A stretch of 57,093 bases of DNA from Gemmatimonadota bacterium. Lineage in GTDB: Bacteria > Gemmatimonadota > Gemmatimonadetes > Longimicrobiales > Gaopeijiaceae. The stretch's first letter is position 1, and each line of letters begins with the position of its first letter. A program made the translations under genes and the position numbers. The notes beneath the pieces are model-generated. The model worked only from the letters and a program-made list of their open reading frames with translations, was not told the origin of the DNA and did no database searches. Of the stretch, positions 17,949-28,699 are shown in pieces. The stretch spans positions 1-57,093 of the forward strand of contig JBDHHQ010000026.1 of assembly GCA_039589315.1 (NCBI GenBank), written 5' to 3'.

Positions 17949-18809
17949 ATGACGGCGTCGAACAGGGGTGGCTCCGTTGCCGTCGTCGGCCTGGGACTCA
18001 TGGGCGGCTCGTTGGCCCGAGCCCTTTCTGCTCTTCCAGAGGGCCCCGAGGTACTGGGGTACGACGTCGCAGCGGATCGCTCGGCGTCGGCGGTCCAGGC
18101 GCGTGCGGTGGACGAGGTGGCGTCGGACCCTGGTGACATCGCGGAGCGTGCCGACGTGGTGGTCTACGCCACACCTCTCCCGGTGACCTTGGACCTCATG
18201 ACCCGACACTGCGGCCGGTGGCGCCACGACGCCCTCGTCATGGACGTGGCCTCACTGAAGACGCCCGTGATGAAGCGCGCCGGCGCGCTCCGGATCATGG
18301 ACCGGTGGGTCGGCGCACACCCCATGGTCGGCGGTGAGGGCAGCGGATTCGAGGCCGCACGGGAGAATCTGTTCAGCGGTGGGCACGTCTGGCTGGTGGG
18401 TGGTGATGAAACGAGCGCCGATCTGGTCGAGCGGGCCGAGGCGTTCTGGCGCCGGCTCGGCGCCGAGGTCACGTGGACAGACGCCGAGAGCCACGACGAC
18501 CACATGGTGCTGGCGAGCCACCTCCCCCAGGTCGTAGCCAACCTCCTCGCGGCGCGACTGGCGGAGGAGGGCCTGGCCGCAGGCGAGTTGGGACCGGGCG
18601 GGCACGACATGACCCGCCTGGCCGCCAGCTCGCCCGACATGTGGGCGCCTCTCCTGGAGGTCTCGCGAGACCGCCTGAGTCCGCTTCTCCGGCGCCTGGC
18701 CCGTGACCAGGAGGGGCTCGCCGACGCCCTGGATGCCGACGACCTCGCCGCCGTTCGGACCCTCATGGACCGGACCCGCGGCTGGCGGGAGGGAGCAGGG
18801 TGGAGTTGA
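17949..18809 (+). CDS. tyrA: prephenate/arogenate dehydrogenase
   Basis: GLGLMGGS Rossmann motif, DVASLK, HPMVG, HD...SHLPQ and DMTRLA. Confidence 0.93.
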   Translation: MTASNRGGSVAVVGLGLMGGSLARALSALPEGPEVLGYDVAADRSASAVQARAVDEVASDPGDIAERADVVVYATPLPVTLDLMTRHCGRWRHDALVMDVASLKTPVMKRAGALRIMDRWVGAHPMVGGEGSGFEAARENLFSGGHVWLVGGDETSADLVERAEAFWRRLGAEVTWTDAESHDDHMVLASHLPQVVANLLAARLAEEGLAAGELGPGGHDMTRLAASSPDMWAPLLEVSRDRLSPLLRRLARDQEGLADALDADDLAAVRTLMDRTRGWREGAGWS

Positions 18810-20836
18810 GGGTTCCGGGAGACAAGTCGATCTCCCAACGCGCGCTCATCTTCGCCGCCCTGGCCGAGGGAACGAGTCGGCTCAAGGGCCTCCTGCCCGG
18901 CGCCGACCCCCGTTCCACGGCCCAGGTGCTCCGGCAGCTAGGCGCTCCGATTCCGGCCCTTCCAGAGGACGGAGCGCCGGTGCACGTGATGGGCCTCGGC
19001 CTGCGCGGCCTCGACCTTGGCGGCAAGTCGCTGGACTGCGGGAACAGCGGCACGGCTGCACGACTGATGATGGGAGTCCTGGCAGGCTGTTCGGGCATGG
19101 CCACCTTGATCGGAGACGAATCCCTCAGCCGCCGTCCCATGCGGCGCGTGACCGAGCCGCTGACGCGCATGGGAGCCCGATTCGACGAGCTGGGGGCACC
19201 CGGCTGCCTGCCGATCCGGGTCCTCGGCGGCTCCCTGGGTCCCCTCGAGCACACCTCGCCGGTCGCCAGCGCCCAGGTCAAGAGTGCCCTGTTGCTGGCC
19301 GGGCTCGTGGGGGGCGCCCCCGTGGTCGTGACGGAGCCTGCCCGGTCGCGGGATCACACCGAGCGGATGCTCGAGCTCGTCGGGGTACCGCCGGTGTCTC
19401 TCCACACCGAAGCCGGGTGGCAGGTTCGGTCGGCCGATCCGGCGAGCTCCATCCGCCCTCTGGAGCTGACCGTGCCGGGCGACTTCTCCTCGGCGGCCTT
19501 CTTCCTGGTCCTGGGACTCCTGGGCGGCGCGGGGCCCCGGGTCACGATGCCGGGGGTGGGCCTGAACCCTACGCGCACGGGCTTGCTACACATTCTGGAT
19601 CGCATGGGCGCCAAGGTCGAGATCGGGGGCCGATCGGGGGGAGCGGTCGGGGAGCCGTGGGGAAGCCTCACGGCCATGCCGACCAGGCTCCTGGGGACCG
19701 ATGTGAGCCCTCGGGAGGTGCCAGGGATCATCGACGAGATCCCCATTCTCGCCGTCGCCGCCGCCAGGGCAGAGGGCTCGACGCGGATCACGGGGGCAGG
19801 TGAGCTACGGCTGAAGGAGACCGACAGGATCCGGGCCTTGGTCGATAACCTGAGAGCCGTGGGCGCACGGGTGGAGGAGCTCGACGACGGCCTCGAGATC
19901 GAGGGGAGCGATGTGCCGCTGGAGGGCCGCGTCCAGGCGTTCGGCGATCACAGGATCGCCATGGCCTTCCAGATCCTCGGCGCGCTGCCCGGCAACCGCA
20001 TCGAGGTGGACGATCCTTCGGTGGCGGCAGTGAGCTTTCCCGGCTTCACGGCAGTGTTGGCCCGGGCCACGGCGCACGACGGCTCCCGGGGCCCGGTGGG
20101 TGGCGCTGAAGCCGCCGATGGGGCGGTGGCCCCCGCCGAGGGGGGGCGGCGTGCGCCGGTGGTCACCATCGACGGGCCCGCCGGTTCGGGCAAGTCCACG
20201 ACGGCCCGCGAGGTCGCGCGCCGCCTCGGCTTCCGTCACCTGGACTCGGGTGCGCTGTACCGGGCCATCACGTACGCGCTCCTCGAGGCGGACATCCAGC
20301 CCGATGGTTGGGACCGCTTGACCCCCCCGGACCTGGCCCGTTTCGAGATCGACCTGGTGCCCGAGGCGGACGGATTCGAGCTGCACCTTCACGGCCGTCG
20401 CCTTGGTGTGGAGCTGCGTACTCCCGAGGTCACGGCCAACGTCTCGAGGGTGGCGAGCCTGCCGGCAGTACGAAGCTGGCTCCTGGAGTATCAGCACCGG
20501 GCTGGTCGGCTGGGTGGCCTGGTGGCCGACGGGAGGGATATGGGCACGGTGGTCTTTCCCGAAGCCGAGCTGAAGGTGTTCCTCACTGCCGACCTGGAGG
20601 AGCGGGCCCGCCGTCGCCTGCGCCAGGACACGGGCGCGGAGCCGGATGCCGACACGGTGTCCCAGGAGGCCGCTCGCATCGAGCAGCGGGACCGGTCGGA
20701 TTCGGAACGGCAGCTTTCACCCCTGCGGCGTCCGGACGATGCCGCGGTCCTCGACACGACCCGACTCACGGAACGAGAGCAGGTGGACCGGATCGTGGCC
20801 CTCGTCCGCGCCCTCGACTCTCCTGAGGGGGGCTGA
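18800..20836 (+). CDS. aroA-cmk: bifunctional EPSP synthase / cytidylate kinase fusion
   Basis: AroA motifs PGDKSISQR, GNSGT, RPM, SAQVKSA, RDHTE, KETDR and DHRIAM, followed in frame by Cmk motifs IDGPAGSGKST, LDSGALYR and DGRDMGTVVFP. Confidence 0.95.
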   Translation: MELRVPGDKSISQRALIFAALAEGTSRLKGLLPGADPRSTAQVLRQLGAPIPALPEDGAPVHVMGLGLRGLDLGGKSLDCGNSGTAARLMMGVLAGCSGMATLIGDESLSRRPMRRVTEPLTRMGARFDELGAPGCLPIRVLGGSLGPLEHTSPVASAQVKSALLLAGLVGGAPVVVTEPARSRDHTERMLELVGVPPVSLHTEAGWQVRSADPASSIRPLELTVPGDFSSAAFFLVLGLLGGAGPRVTMPGVGLNPTRTGLLHILDRMGAKVEIGGRSGGAVGEPWGSLTAMPTRLLGTDVSPREVPGIIDEIPILAVAAARAEGSTRITGAGELRLKETDRIRALVDNLRAVGARVEELDDGLEIEGSDVPLEGRVQAFGDHRIAMAFQILGALPGNRIEVDDPSVAAVSFPGFTAVLARATAHDGSRGPVGGAEAADGAVAPAEGGRRAPVVTIDGPAGSGKSTTAREVARRLGFRHLDSGALYRAITYALLEADIQPDGWDRLTPPDLARFEIDLVPEADGFELHLHGRRLGVELRTPEVTANVSRVASLPAVRSWLLEYQHRAGRLGGLVADGRDMGTVVFPEAELKVFLTADLEERARRRLRQDTGAEPDADTVSQEAARIEQRDRSDSERQLSPLRRPDDAAVLDTTRLTEREQVDRIVALVRALDSPEGG

Positions 20837-20890
20837 TCCCGGCACGCCTCGGGCGCCTGCTGGCCCGGGGGTGGGCTCACGATCCAGGCC

Positions 20891-20919
20891 TTGACCTTCC
20901 CATTTTGCGCCCATAGCTT
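20891..20919 (+). promoter_or_regulatory. sigma70-type promoter of rpsA
   Basis: TTGACC-17 nt-TAGCTT. Confidence 0.65.
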
Positions 20920-21125
20920 AACCCTGCTAAGCACCCGTCATCCGGCTGCGATGAGGCCGACAGGACGGGCTTCGGTGTCGCGGGAGCTACCCGCGGGCCC
21001 CAGGGCCACGGAGGTGCGCCACGCACTTCGGGCCTTTTCTTCATTCCACCCGAACCCGGAGCGGGACACCCCAACCCCTGCCCGGCACAGAGGCCGCGCC
21101 TTCGACGGCGACGGACCGAGACATC

Positions 21126-23657
21126 ATGAGCGAGCACCAGGAAGAGATCCAGCCCGACGCCGAGCCCATCAGCGCCGACGTCACCGAGGCACCCTCCACC
21201 GGTCCCGACGAAGCGGCCACCGAAGCACAGGTGGCTGAGGTCACCGCGGAAGCCCCGAACGGAGGTCCGCAGCAGGACGAAGGAAGCTCCTCGGCCCCGG
21301 AGGCGGAGGAGGTCCAGACCCCCACGCTGACGACCACGGCAACCCTCGACGCCCAGGCGGAAGCCGCGCGGCTCGGGATCTCGCCCGAGCTCCTCCTCGA
21401 CCCCTACGGCGACGAGGAGCTGGACGTCTCGCGCGAGGACTTCGAGGCGCTCCTGTCCCAGCACCAGGACACCATCGGCGAGTTCCGTGAAGGGGAGATC
21501 GTAAACGCGACGGTGCTGCGGGTTACCGACTCGTCCGTGATCCTGGAGTTTGGCGGCAAGAGCGAAGGCTCCGTCGCCCGGGATGAGTTCAAGGATCCCG
21601 AAGGCATAGAGCCGGGTCAGGCGGTGGAGGTTCTGCTCGAGAGCCTCGAGAACGATGACGGCGTAGTCGTCCTCTCCAAGAAGAAGGCCGACTTCCTCCG
21701 GGTCTGGGAGAAGATCAGGGAAGCACACGAGAGCGACCAGCCAGTTAAGGGCACGCTGGTACGCAAGATCAAGGGCGGTGTGACCGTCGATCTCATGGGC
21801 GTGGATGCGTTCCTGCCCGGTTCGCAAATCGCCCTGCGCCGCGTCCCCAACATCGAGGACCTGATCGGCGAGGTCTACAAGTTCAAGATCATCAAGCTGA
21901 ACAAGCGGCGTCGGAACATCGTCGTCTCGCGGCGGGTGATCCTGGAGGCCGAGCGGGAGAAGAAGCGCGAGACTCTGGTCAAAGAGCTCATCGTGGGCCA
22001 GGTCAGGGATGGGATCGTCAAGAACATCACGGACTTCGGCGCCTTCATCGACCTGGGCGGTCTGGACGGGCTACTCCACATCACGGACATGTCCTGGGGC
22101 CGCGTCGGCCACCCCTCGGAGGTCGTCAACATCGGCGACACGCTGGACGTGAAGGTCCTGGACATCGACTGGGACCGGGAGCGGATTTCTCTCGGATACA
22201 AGCAGCTACTGCCGTATCCCTGGACCGATATCGACAAGAAATACCCCGTGGGCTCTCGCGTCCGCGGCAAGGTGGTGTCCATCACCAACTACGGCGCCTT
22301 CGTCGAGTTGGAGAAGGGCGTCGAGGGTCTGGTCCACATCTCCGAGATGTCATGGACCCGAAATGTCCGACATCCCTCGAAGCTCGTCTCCATCGGCGAC
22401 GAGATCGAAGCCGTTGTCCTCAAGGTGGATCCCGACGACGAGAAGATCTCCCTCGGGATGAAGCAGATCGAGGAGGATCCCTGGTTGGCTCTGCCTGTCA
22501 AGTATCCGACCAGTACGACGCTGTCCGGGACCGTCCGCAACCTCACCTCATTCGGTGCGTTCGTGGAGATCGAGCCTGGCATCGACGGCCTGGTCCACGT
22601 GTCCGACATGAGCTGGACCAAGCGGGTGGAGCACCCCAGCGAGATCGTGCAGAAGGGCGAGGAGGTCCAGGTCATGGTCCTCGACGTCGATGCCGAGAAC
22701 AAGCGGATCTCGCTCGGCATCAAGCAGCTTCTCGACGATCCGTGGCCCACCATCTCGGAGCGCTTCCAGGCAGGCGTCGAGTCGGCGGGTTCCGTGGTTC
22801 GCGTCCAGGACAAGGGTTTGGTCGTGGATCTGGGCGACGACATCGAGGGCTTCGTGCCCGGCTCGCACGCGGGCATCGAGGATCCGTCCCGCCTCGAGGA
22901 GTACTACGAGGGCGGCGATCCGGTGGACCTGCGGGTGATCGAGTCCGACGCAGCCAACCGGCGAATCGTCCTCGAGACCACCGTGCAGCCGACTCGCAAG
23001 CCGCCGAAGCCGGAGGTCCCCGCCGAAGGAGAGGCCGAGCCCGCCGCGGAGGGTGAAACCCCCGCAGCGGAGGTTGGGGCGGAAGCCCCGGTGGATGAGG
23101 TCGTAGAGGCGGAGGCCGAGGGCACCGAGGAAGCACCGGAGGCAGCCGCCGTCGAGGCAGAAGCACCGGAGGCCGAGGCTACCGAGGCCGAGCCCATTGC
23201 CGAGGTGGAGGTCGCCGAAGCCGAGACCGCCCCCGAGACCGAGGTAGCGGAGGCCGAACCCACCGCCGAGGTCGAGACGGCTGAAGCCGAGGCCGTGCCC
23301 GAGGCAGCGGAGGCGGAGCCCACCGCAGAGGTCGAGACGGCTGAAGCCGAGGCCGTGCCCGATGCGGCGGAAGGCGAGCCCACCGCAGAGGTGGAGGTCG
23401 CCGAAGCCGAGACCGCCCCCGAGACCGAGGTAGCGGAGGCCGAACCCACCGCCGAGGTCGAGACGGCTGAAGCCGAGGCCGTGCCCGAGGGCGCGGAAGG
23501 CGAGCCCACCGCAGAGGTGGAGGTTGCCGAAGCCGAAACCGCCCCTGAGGCCCATGCAGCGGAGGCCGAGCTCACCGCCGACGTGGAGGCGGCCGAAGCC
23601 GAACCCACCGCCGAGGCCCAGGAAGCCGAAGCCGAGGAGGAAGAAGGCAAGGCGTAG
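21126..23657 (+). CDS. rpsA: 30S ribosomal protein S1 with acidic N- and C-terminal extensions
   Basis: Six S1 repeats (FLPGSQ, ITDFGAFIDLG, LLHITDMSW, ITNYGAFVE, GLVHVSDMSW); located downstream of cmk. Confidence 0.97.
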   Translation: MSEHQEEIQPDAEPISADVTEAPSTGPDEAATEAQVAEVTAEAPNGGPQQDEGSSSAPEAEEVQTPTLTTTATLDAQAEAARLGISPELLLDPYGDEELDVSREDFEALLSQHQDTIGEFREGEIVNATVLRVTDSSVILEFGGKSEGSVARDEFKDPEGIEPGQAVEVLLESLENDDGVVVLSKKKADFLRVWEKIREAHESDQPVKGTLVRKIKGGVTVDLMGVDAFLPGSQIALRRVPNIEDLIGEVYKFKIIKLNKRRRNIVVSRRVILEAEREKKRETLVKELIVGQVRDGIVKNITDFGAFIDLGGLDGLLHITDMSWGRVGHPSEVVNIGDTLDVKVLDIDWDRERISLGYKQLLPYPWTDIDKKYPVGSRVRGKVVSITNYGAFVELEKGVEGLVHISEMSWTRNVRHPSKLVSIGDEIEAVVLKVDPDDEKISLGMKQIEEDPWLALPVKYPTSTTLSGTVRNLTSFGAFVEIEPGIDGLVHVSDMSWTKRVEHPSEIVQKGEEVQVMVLDVDAENKRISLGIKQLLDDPWPTISERFQAGVESAGSVVRVQDKGLVVDLGDDIEGFVPGSHAGIEDPSRLEEYYEGGDPVDLRVIESDAANRRIVLETTVQPTRKPPKPEVPAEGEAEPAAEGETPAAEVGAEAPVDEVVEAEAEGTEEAPEAAAVEAEAPEAEATEAEPIAEVEVAEAETAPETEVAEAEPTAEVETAEAEAVPEAAEAEPTAEVETAEAEAVPDAAEGEPTAEVEVAEAETAPETEVAEAEPTAEVETAEAEAVPEGAEGEPTAEVEVAEAETAPEAHAAEAELTADVEAAEAEPTAEAQEAEAEEEEGKA
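23184..23561 (+). repeat. in-frame tandem array of 66/60-bp units (A-B-B-A-B-A) in the rpsA 3' end
   Basis: Units EAEPxAEVEVAEAETAPETEVA (22 aa) and EAEPTAEVETAEAEAVPEAA (20 aa) are near-identical at the DNA level. Confidence 0.9.
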
Positions 23658-23701
23658 CGCGTACGCCTCTGGCCGATTGCCGTTGGCTGGCATACCCTTA
23701 G

Positions 23702-23739
23702 ACCGCCCGGACGCCTGGTGCGTCCGGGCGGTTCTCATT
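23702..23739 (+). terminator. intrinsic terminator after rpsA
   Basis: 13-bp stem ACCGCCCGGACGC/GCGTCCGGGCGGT followed by TCTCATT. Confidence 0.7.
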
Positions 23740-23758
23740 ACCCCGACAGACCCACGCA

Positions 23759-25609
23759 ATGGCGACGGCTGACGCCCCCCGAAACAACCTGCTTCGCTCC
23801 CACGCCCAGGCACCGTCCTGGACCCGACTCCGCAGTCTGACGGTGATGGCCCTCGTTCTCCTGGTCTCCTGCCGGTCCGTCGGCGGGCCGCGGCCGGCGA
23901 CGACCGTGGCGGAAGACTCCGACCCGCCGATCGAGGCTGGCACGAGCTCGGCAACCGCCGATTCAGCGGCCGCCGCCCTCATGGCGCGCGCCGAACAGGC
24001 GTTGGGAGAGGGCCGCTGGGACGAGGCGGCCACAGCGGCGGCCGAGGTCGCGGACCGGTACCCCACCGCCCGCATGTCGAGCCGGGCGCTTCCAGTCCTG
24101 GCCACCGCGCTGTCGGCCCTGGAGGACTTCGGTGAGGCGCTGGCCGTGGCCGACCGATATACGGCCTTGTTCGCTCGCTCCGACCCCAGGGCCGGTCAGG
24201 GCGCGGTTCTGGGCGCCCGGGCACTGGTAGGGCAGGAGGCCCATGACGCCGCGGCGACCCGGTTGCTGGCGGCCACGCCGGAGGCCCTGGAGGGCAGGCA
24301 GGAAGAGGCGATGGAGGTCATGCGCGTCGTGGCAGCCCGGCTCACCAACGAGAGCCTCGCCGCCATCGTGGAGAGTGCTCCGTCCACTCTTCTCAGCGCT
24401 CCCCTTCTGATCGAACGCGCCCTGGCCCTGTACTACGACGGCCAGACCGCCGAGGCGGAGGCGCTGGCTCGAAGAGTCCGGGATGTGGGAGCCCCGGGAC
24501 CGGAAGGCGGGACCGCGACCGCGATCCTGAGTGGCAACGTCGAGGCCTTCGCAGGGGCGTTGCCCGTCCTGGGCGCCATGTTGGCGGAGACGGGCTCTCC
24601 GGGCCTGCAGGAGTTCTCCCGGCTGATCCGTGAAGGAATCGAGGTCGCGGTCCAGGTCCACGCCGACCAATCCCGCCGGCCCGTGCGCCTGTCCGTGATG
24701 GACGATCGCGGGAGCCCGGGCGCCGCGGACGCGGTCGTGCGCCGCCTGGAGGACGAGGGGGCCCTGGGTGTCGTGGGGCCGCTTCTGGACACCTCGCTGG
24801 CGGCTGCCGCTCCGGCCCGTCTCCGGTCCACGGTGCTGGTTTCGCCCACCGCTCGGACGGTGCCGTCGGAACACGCGGGTGTCTACTCGCTGTCGGGGCC
24901 GGACCCGAGCGCCGCGGAGGCTCTGGCCAGATACGTGCGAGATCAGGGCTTCCGGCGTGTCGTGGTGCTCCGACCCGCTACCGAGGAGGCGACCCTGGAG
25001 GCGCACGTCTTCCGGGAGGTGCTCGAGGAATCCGGGATGGCAGTCTCCCACGAGATGGCGTACGACTCGGGAGCGACCTTCTTCCAGGAGTCGCTGAGCG
25101 AAGTGGCGGAGATCCGCCCTGACGCGCTGGTGCTGCCGCTGCCGGCTTCGGACGTGGAGTTGGTGGCGCCGCAGATCACCTTTTTTGGCCTGGACACCCT
25201 GGGGATTCAGGTGCTGGGGACTTCGGGATGGGCAGCCGAGTCCGTCGCCAGCGACGTGGACGCACGTCATACGATCGGAGTCGTGGCGACCGCCGCCGTG
25301 ATGCCGGGAGACCCGACGTCCGGTGAGGAACGCTTCATGACCGAGTACGAGACTCGCCTGCGCAAGACGCTCAGGAGCTCGGTGCCCGCCCTCGGCCACG
25401 ATGCGGCGGCGCTGCTGCTCGAGGCTCACCGGATCAGCGGCGCCCGGAGCGGAGAAGAGCTCGCGGCCGCCTTCGAGAGGATCCGCGGCTTTTCAGGAGC
25501 GACCGGGGTGCTGTCGGTGCAGGATGGACGAATCGTACGGGCTCACCACCTGGTGCGGTATGACTCCACAGGGGTGTTGGCCCCGCTGTCGCCCGAGGTC
25601 CGGCGCTGA
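23759..25609 (+). CDS. LpoA-like (penicillin-binding protein activator) TPR + periplasmic-binding-fold lipoprotein
   Basis: Lipobox LVSC, a TPR-like helical N-half, and C-half motifs [21 protein letters not shown] and FSGATG. Confidence 0.7.
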   Translation: MATADAPRNNLLRSHAQAPSWTRLRSLTVMALVLLVSCRSVGGPRPATTVAEDSDPPIEAGTSSATADSAAAALMARAEQALGEGRWDEAATAAAEVADRYPTARMSSRALPVLATALSALEDFGEALAVADRYTALFARSDPRAGQGAVLGARALVGQEAHDAAATRLLAATPEALEGRQEEAMEVMRVVAARLTNESLAAIVESAPSTLLSAPLLIERALALYYDGQTAEAEALARRVRDVGAPGPEGGTATAILSGNVEAFAGALPVLGAMLAETGSPGLQEFSRLIREGIEVAVQVHADQSRRPVRLSVMDDRGSPGAADAVVRRLEDEGALGVVGPLLDTSLAAAAPARLRSTVLVSPTARTVPSEHAGVYSLSGPDPSAAEALARYVRDQGFRRVVVLRPATEEATLEAHVFREVLEESGMAVSHEMAYDSGATFFQESLSEVAEIRPDALVLPLPASDVELVAPQITFFGLDTLGIQVLGTSGWAAESVASDVDARHTIGVVATAAVMPGDPTSGEERFMTEYETRLRKTLRSSVPALGHDAAALLLEAHRISGARSGEELAAAFERIRGFSGATGVLSVQDGRIVRAHHLVRYDSTGVLAPLSPEVRR

Positions 25610-27159
25610 TGTCGGTCCGGGAGAAGCTCGATCGGCTGCGCGAGCTGGGGGAGCAGGCGGAGCTCGGCGGCGGCGAGGAGCGGCTGGCGGCACAGCATGC
25701 GCGAGGCAAGCTGTCCGCTCGCGAACGGATCGCCCTCCTGGTCGACGAAGGGTCCTTCGTGGAGCTGGATCGCTTCGTCACGCATCGAGCGTCCGACTTC
25801 GGACTCGCGGAGCGGAAGGTGCTCGGCGACGGGGTCGTGAGCGGCTACGGTACCGTTCACGGCCGTCTCGTCTATGTCTACTCTCAGGACTTCACCGTAT
25901 TCGGCGGCTCCCTCTCGGAAGCCCACGCCGAGAAGATCGTCAAGCTTCAGGAGCTGTCCCTCAAGAACGGAGCGCCCATCATCGGGCTCAGCGACTCCGG
26001 CGGAGCCCGCATCCAGGAGGGTGTGGTGTCCCTGGGTGGGTACGCCGACATCTTCCTGCGCAACACGTTGGCCTCCGGGGTCGTGCCCCAGGTCAGCGTG
26101 ATCCTGGGCCCGTGCGCGGGCGGCGCCGTCTATTCGCCGGCCATCACCGACTTCGTCTACATGGTCCGGGGCACGAGCTACATGTTCGTCACCGGACCCA
26201 ACGTCGTGAAGACGGTGACCCACGAAGACGTGGACATGGAGAGCCTGGGCGGGGCCGACGTCCACAGCGAGACCTCGGGGGTGTCCCACTTCGCCTTCGA
26301 CTCCGAGCCGGAGTGCCTGGAGGCGGTTCGGGAGCTCTTCCGCTACGTGCCCCAGAACAACGCCACGCCGGCGCCGACGGGGCCGGGGACCGATCCGGCC
26401 GATCGTCAGGAGCCGACGCTGCTCGAGATCGTACCGGATAACCCCAACAAGCCATATGACATGCACGACGTCATCCGTGCCGTGACGGACGACGCCGGCT
26501 TCTACGAGGTCCACGCGGGCTTCGCCCGAAACCTCATTACCGGCTTCGCGCACCTGGGTGGGCACTCGGTGGGGATCATCGCCAACCAGCCGGCCGTCCT
26601 GGCGGGGGTGCTGGACATCGATTCCTCGGTCAAGGGGGCGCGCTTCGTCCGCTTCTGCGATGCCTTCAACATCCCGCTGGTGGTCTTCGAAGACGTCCCG
26701 GGCTTCCTACCCGGCGTGGCTCAGGAGCACGGTGGGATCATCCGACACGGCGCCAAGCTCCTCTACGCCTTTTGTGAAGCCACCGTCCCCAAGCTCACCG
26801 TGATCACCCGCAAGGCGTACGGGGGCGCTTACGACGTCATGAACTCGAAGCACATCCGCGGCGACGTGAATCTGGCCTGGCCCACCGCAGAGATCGCCGT
26901 GATGGGCCCCAAGGGCGCGGTAGAGATCTTGTTCCGGAAGGAGATCGCCCAAGCCGACGACCCGGAGGCCGCCACCCAGGCGCGGATCGAGGAATACCGG
27001 GAGAAGTTCGCGCATCCCTACGTGGCCGCCGCCCGGGGCTATGTCGACGATGTCATCGACCCGCGCGAGACCCGGCCGCGCCTGATCAGCGCCCTGGACA
27101 TGCTCCGCGACAAGCGAGACCTCAACCCGCCCAAGAAGCACGGCAACGTGCCGCTCTAG
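25609..27159 (+). CDS. pccB: acyl-CoA (propionyl-CoA) carboxylase beta subunit
   Basis: [44 protein letters not shown] and KKHGNVPL. Confidence 0.93.
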   Translation: MSVREKLDRLRELGEQAELGGGEERLAAQHARGKLSARERIALLVDEGSFVELDRFVTHRASDFGLAERKVLGDGVVSGYGTVHGRLVYVYSQDFTVFGGSLSEAHAEKIVKLQELSLKNGAPIIGLSDSGGARIQEGVVSLGGYADIFLRNTLASGVVPQVSVILGPCAGGAVYSPAITDFVYMVRGTSYMFVTGPNVVKTVTHEDVDMESLGGADVHSETSGVSHFAFDSEPECLEAVRELFRYVPQNNATPAPTGPGTDPADRQEPTLLEIVPDNPNKPYDMHDVIRAVTDDAGFYEVHAGFARNLITGFAHLGGHSVGIIANQPAVLAGVLDIDSSVKGARFVRFCDAFNIPLVVFEDVPGFLPGVAQEHGGIIRHGAKLLYAFCEATVPKLTVITRKAYGGAYDVMNSKHIRGDVNLAWPTAEIAVMGPKGAVEILFRKEIAQADDPEAATQARIEEYREKFAHPYVAAARGYVDDVIDPRETRPRLISALDMLRDKRDLNPPKKHGNVPL

Positions 27160-27178
27160 GCCGCCGAGCCCCTGTGCC

Positions 27179-28699
27179 GTGATCGAATCGGTCCTCGTGG
27201 CAAACCGAGGGGAAATCGCCCTTCGCCTCATTCGAGCCTGCCGGGAGCTGGGCGTCCGCGTCGTGGCTGTCTACTCCGAGGCCGACGCGAACGCGCTCCA
27301 CGTGGCCGCCGCTGACGAGGCGGTCTGCATCGGGCCGGCGCCGGCGGTCGAGAGCTACCTCCGCGGGGACCGGATCCTCGAGGCGGCCCACCGGACGGGT
27401 GCCCGCGCGATCCACCCCGGCTACGGCTTCCTGGCGGAGCGCGAGGCCTTCGCGCGGGCTGTGGAGGAAGCCGGGCTCGTCTTCGTGGGGCCCACGGCCG
27501 ACACCATCGCCGCCATGGGAGACAAGACGGAGGCCCGCCGACGGATGCGAGCCGCCGGCGTGCCCATCGTACCCGGTGTGGAGCACGCCTTGAGGGATGC
27601 AAAGGAGGCCCTCGAGGTCGCCGCCGACATCGGCTATCCGGTGCTGCTCAAGGCTTCAGCGGGCGGTGGAGGAAAGGGGATGCGCGTCGTGCGCGACCCC
27701 ACGGAGCTGCCGTCCGCGTTCGGGGCCGCGGGGCGGGAGGCCGCAGCGGCGTTCGGCGACGGGTCCGTGTACGCCGAGAAGCTCCTCGAGCGTCCGCGCC
27801 ACATCGAGATCCAGGTCCTCGGTGACTCCCGGGGTACCGTGGTCCACCTGGGAGAGCGCGAGTGCTCCATTCAACGACGGCACCAAAAGCTGGTCGAGGA
27901 GGCACCGTCGGTCGTCGTCACTCCCGAGATGCGGGCGGCGATGGGGGAGGCCGCCACCGATGCGGCCCGAGCCGTGGCGTACGTGGGGGCCGGCACGGTG
28001 GAGTTCCTCTACGAGGACGGCGACTTCTACTTCCTCGAGATGAACACGCGCCTCCAGGTGGAACACCCCGTGACCGAGCTGGTGACCGGCCTGGACCTGG
28101 TTCATTGGCAGCTTCGGATCGCCTCGGGAGAGGCCCTCGACTTCGGCCAGGAGGACGTGGCTTGGCAGGGGCATGCGATCGAATGCCGGATCACGAGCGA
28201 GGACCCCTTCCGTAGCTTCCTGCCGTCCACGGGCTGCGTCGAGCACCTCGAAGTGCCGGCCGGGCCGGGCGTCCGGTGGGACGGCGGCATCGAGGAGGGA
28301 TACGAGGTGGGACTCCACTACGACCCCCTCCTGGCAAAGCTCATCGTGCATGGTCGAGACCGGGCGACGGCGATCCGTCGCATGCGGCGGGCCCTGGAGG
28401 AGCTGGTGATCTCCGGCGTGGAGACGTCGACGGAGCTCCATCGGCGTGTGATGTGCGAGCCCGACTTCCTGGGGGGTCGACTGACCATCGGATACCTGGA
28501 CGAGCACCCCGGCCTCACAGAGCCGGAGATGGAACTCGACGCGAGCCGTGTCGCAGCGGTGGCGGCGGCGCTCCTGGCCGACAGGGACCGGGCCCGCTTG
28601 GACGCCAAGCGCATCGGCGCGGACGGCGGCGCCGGCTTCTCGGCTTGGCGGGCTCTCCCCTGGTCCCACCGGCACGGCCATCGAGGTGCGCGGTGGTGA
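27179..28699 (+). CDS. accC: biotin carboxylase subunit
   Basis: VLVANRGEIA, HPGYGFL, GGGGKGMR, RECSIQRRHQK and EMNTRLQVEHPVTE. Confidence 0.93.
   Translation: MIESVLVANRGEIALRLIRACRELGVRVVAVYSEADANALHVAAADEAVCIGPAPAVESYLRGDRILEAAHRTGARAIHPGYGFLAEREAFARAVEEAGLVFVGPTADTIAAMGDKTEARRRMRAAGVPIVPGVEHALRDAKEALEVAADIGYPVLLKASAGGGGKGMRVVRDPTELPSAFGAAGREAAAAFGDGSVYAEKLLERPRHIEIQVLGDSRGTVVHLGERECSIQRRHQKLVEEAPSVVVTPEMRAAMGEAATDAARAVAYVGAGTVEFLYEDGDFYFLEMNTRLQVEHPVTELVTGLDLVHWQLRIASGEALDFGQEDVAWQGHAIECRITSEDPFRSFLPSTGCVEHLEVPAGPGVRWDGGIEEGYEVGLHYDPLLAKLIVHGRDRATAIRRMRRALEELVISGVETSTELHRRVMCEPDFLGGRLTIGYLDEHPGLTEPEMELDASRVAAVAAALLADRDRARLDAKRIGADGGAGFSAWRALPWSHRHGHRGARW

Noticed and set aside
23184..23561. 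CRISPR array
   Set aside because: The repeats are in-frame coding units with no unique spacers, and there are no cas genes.
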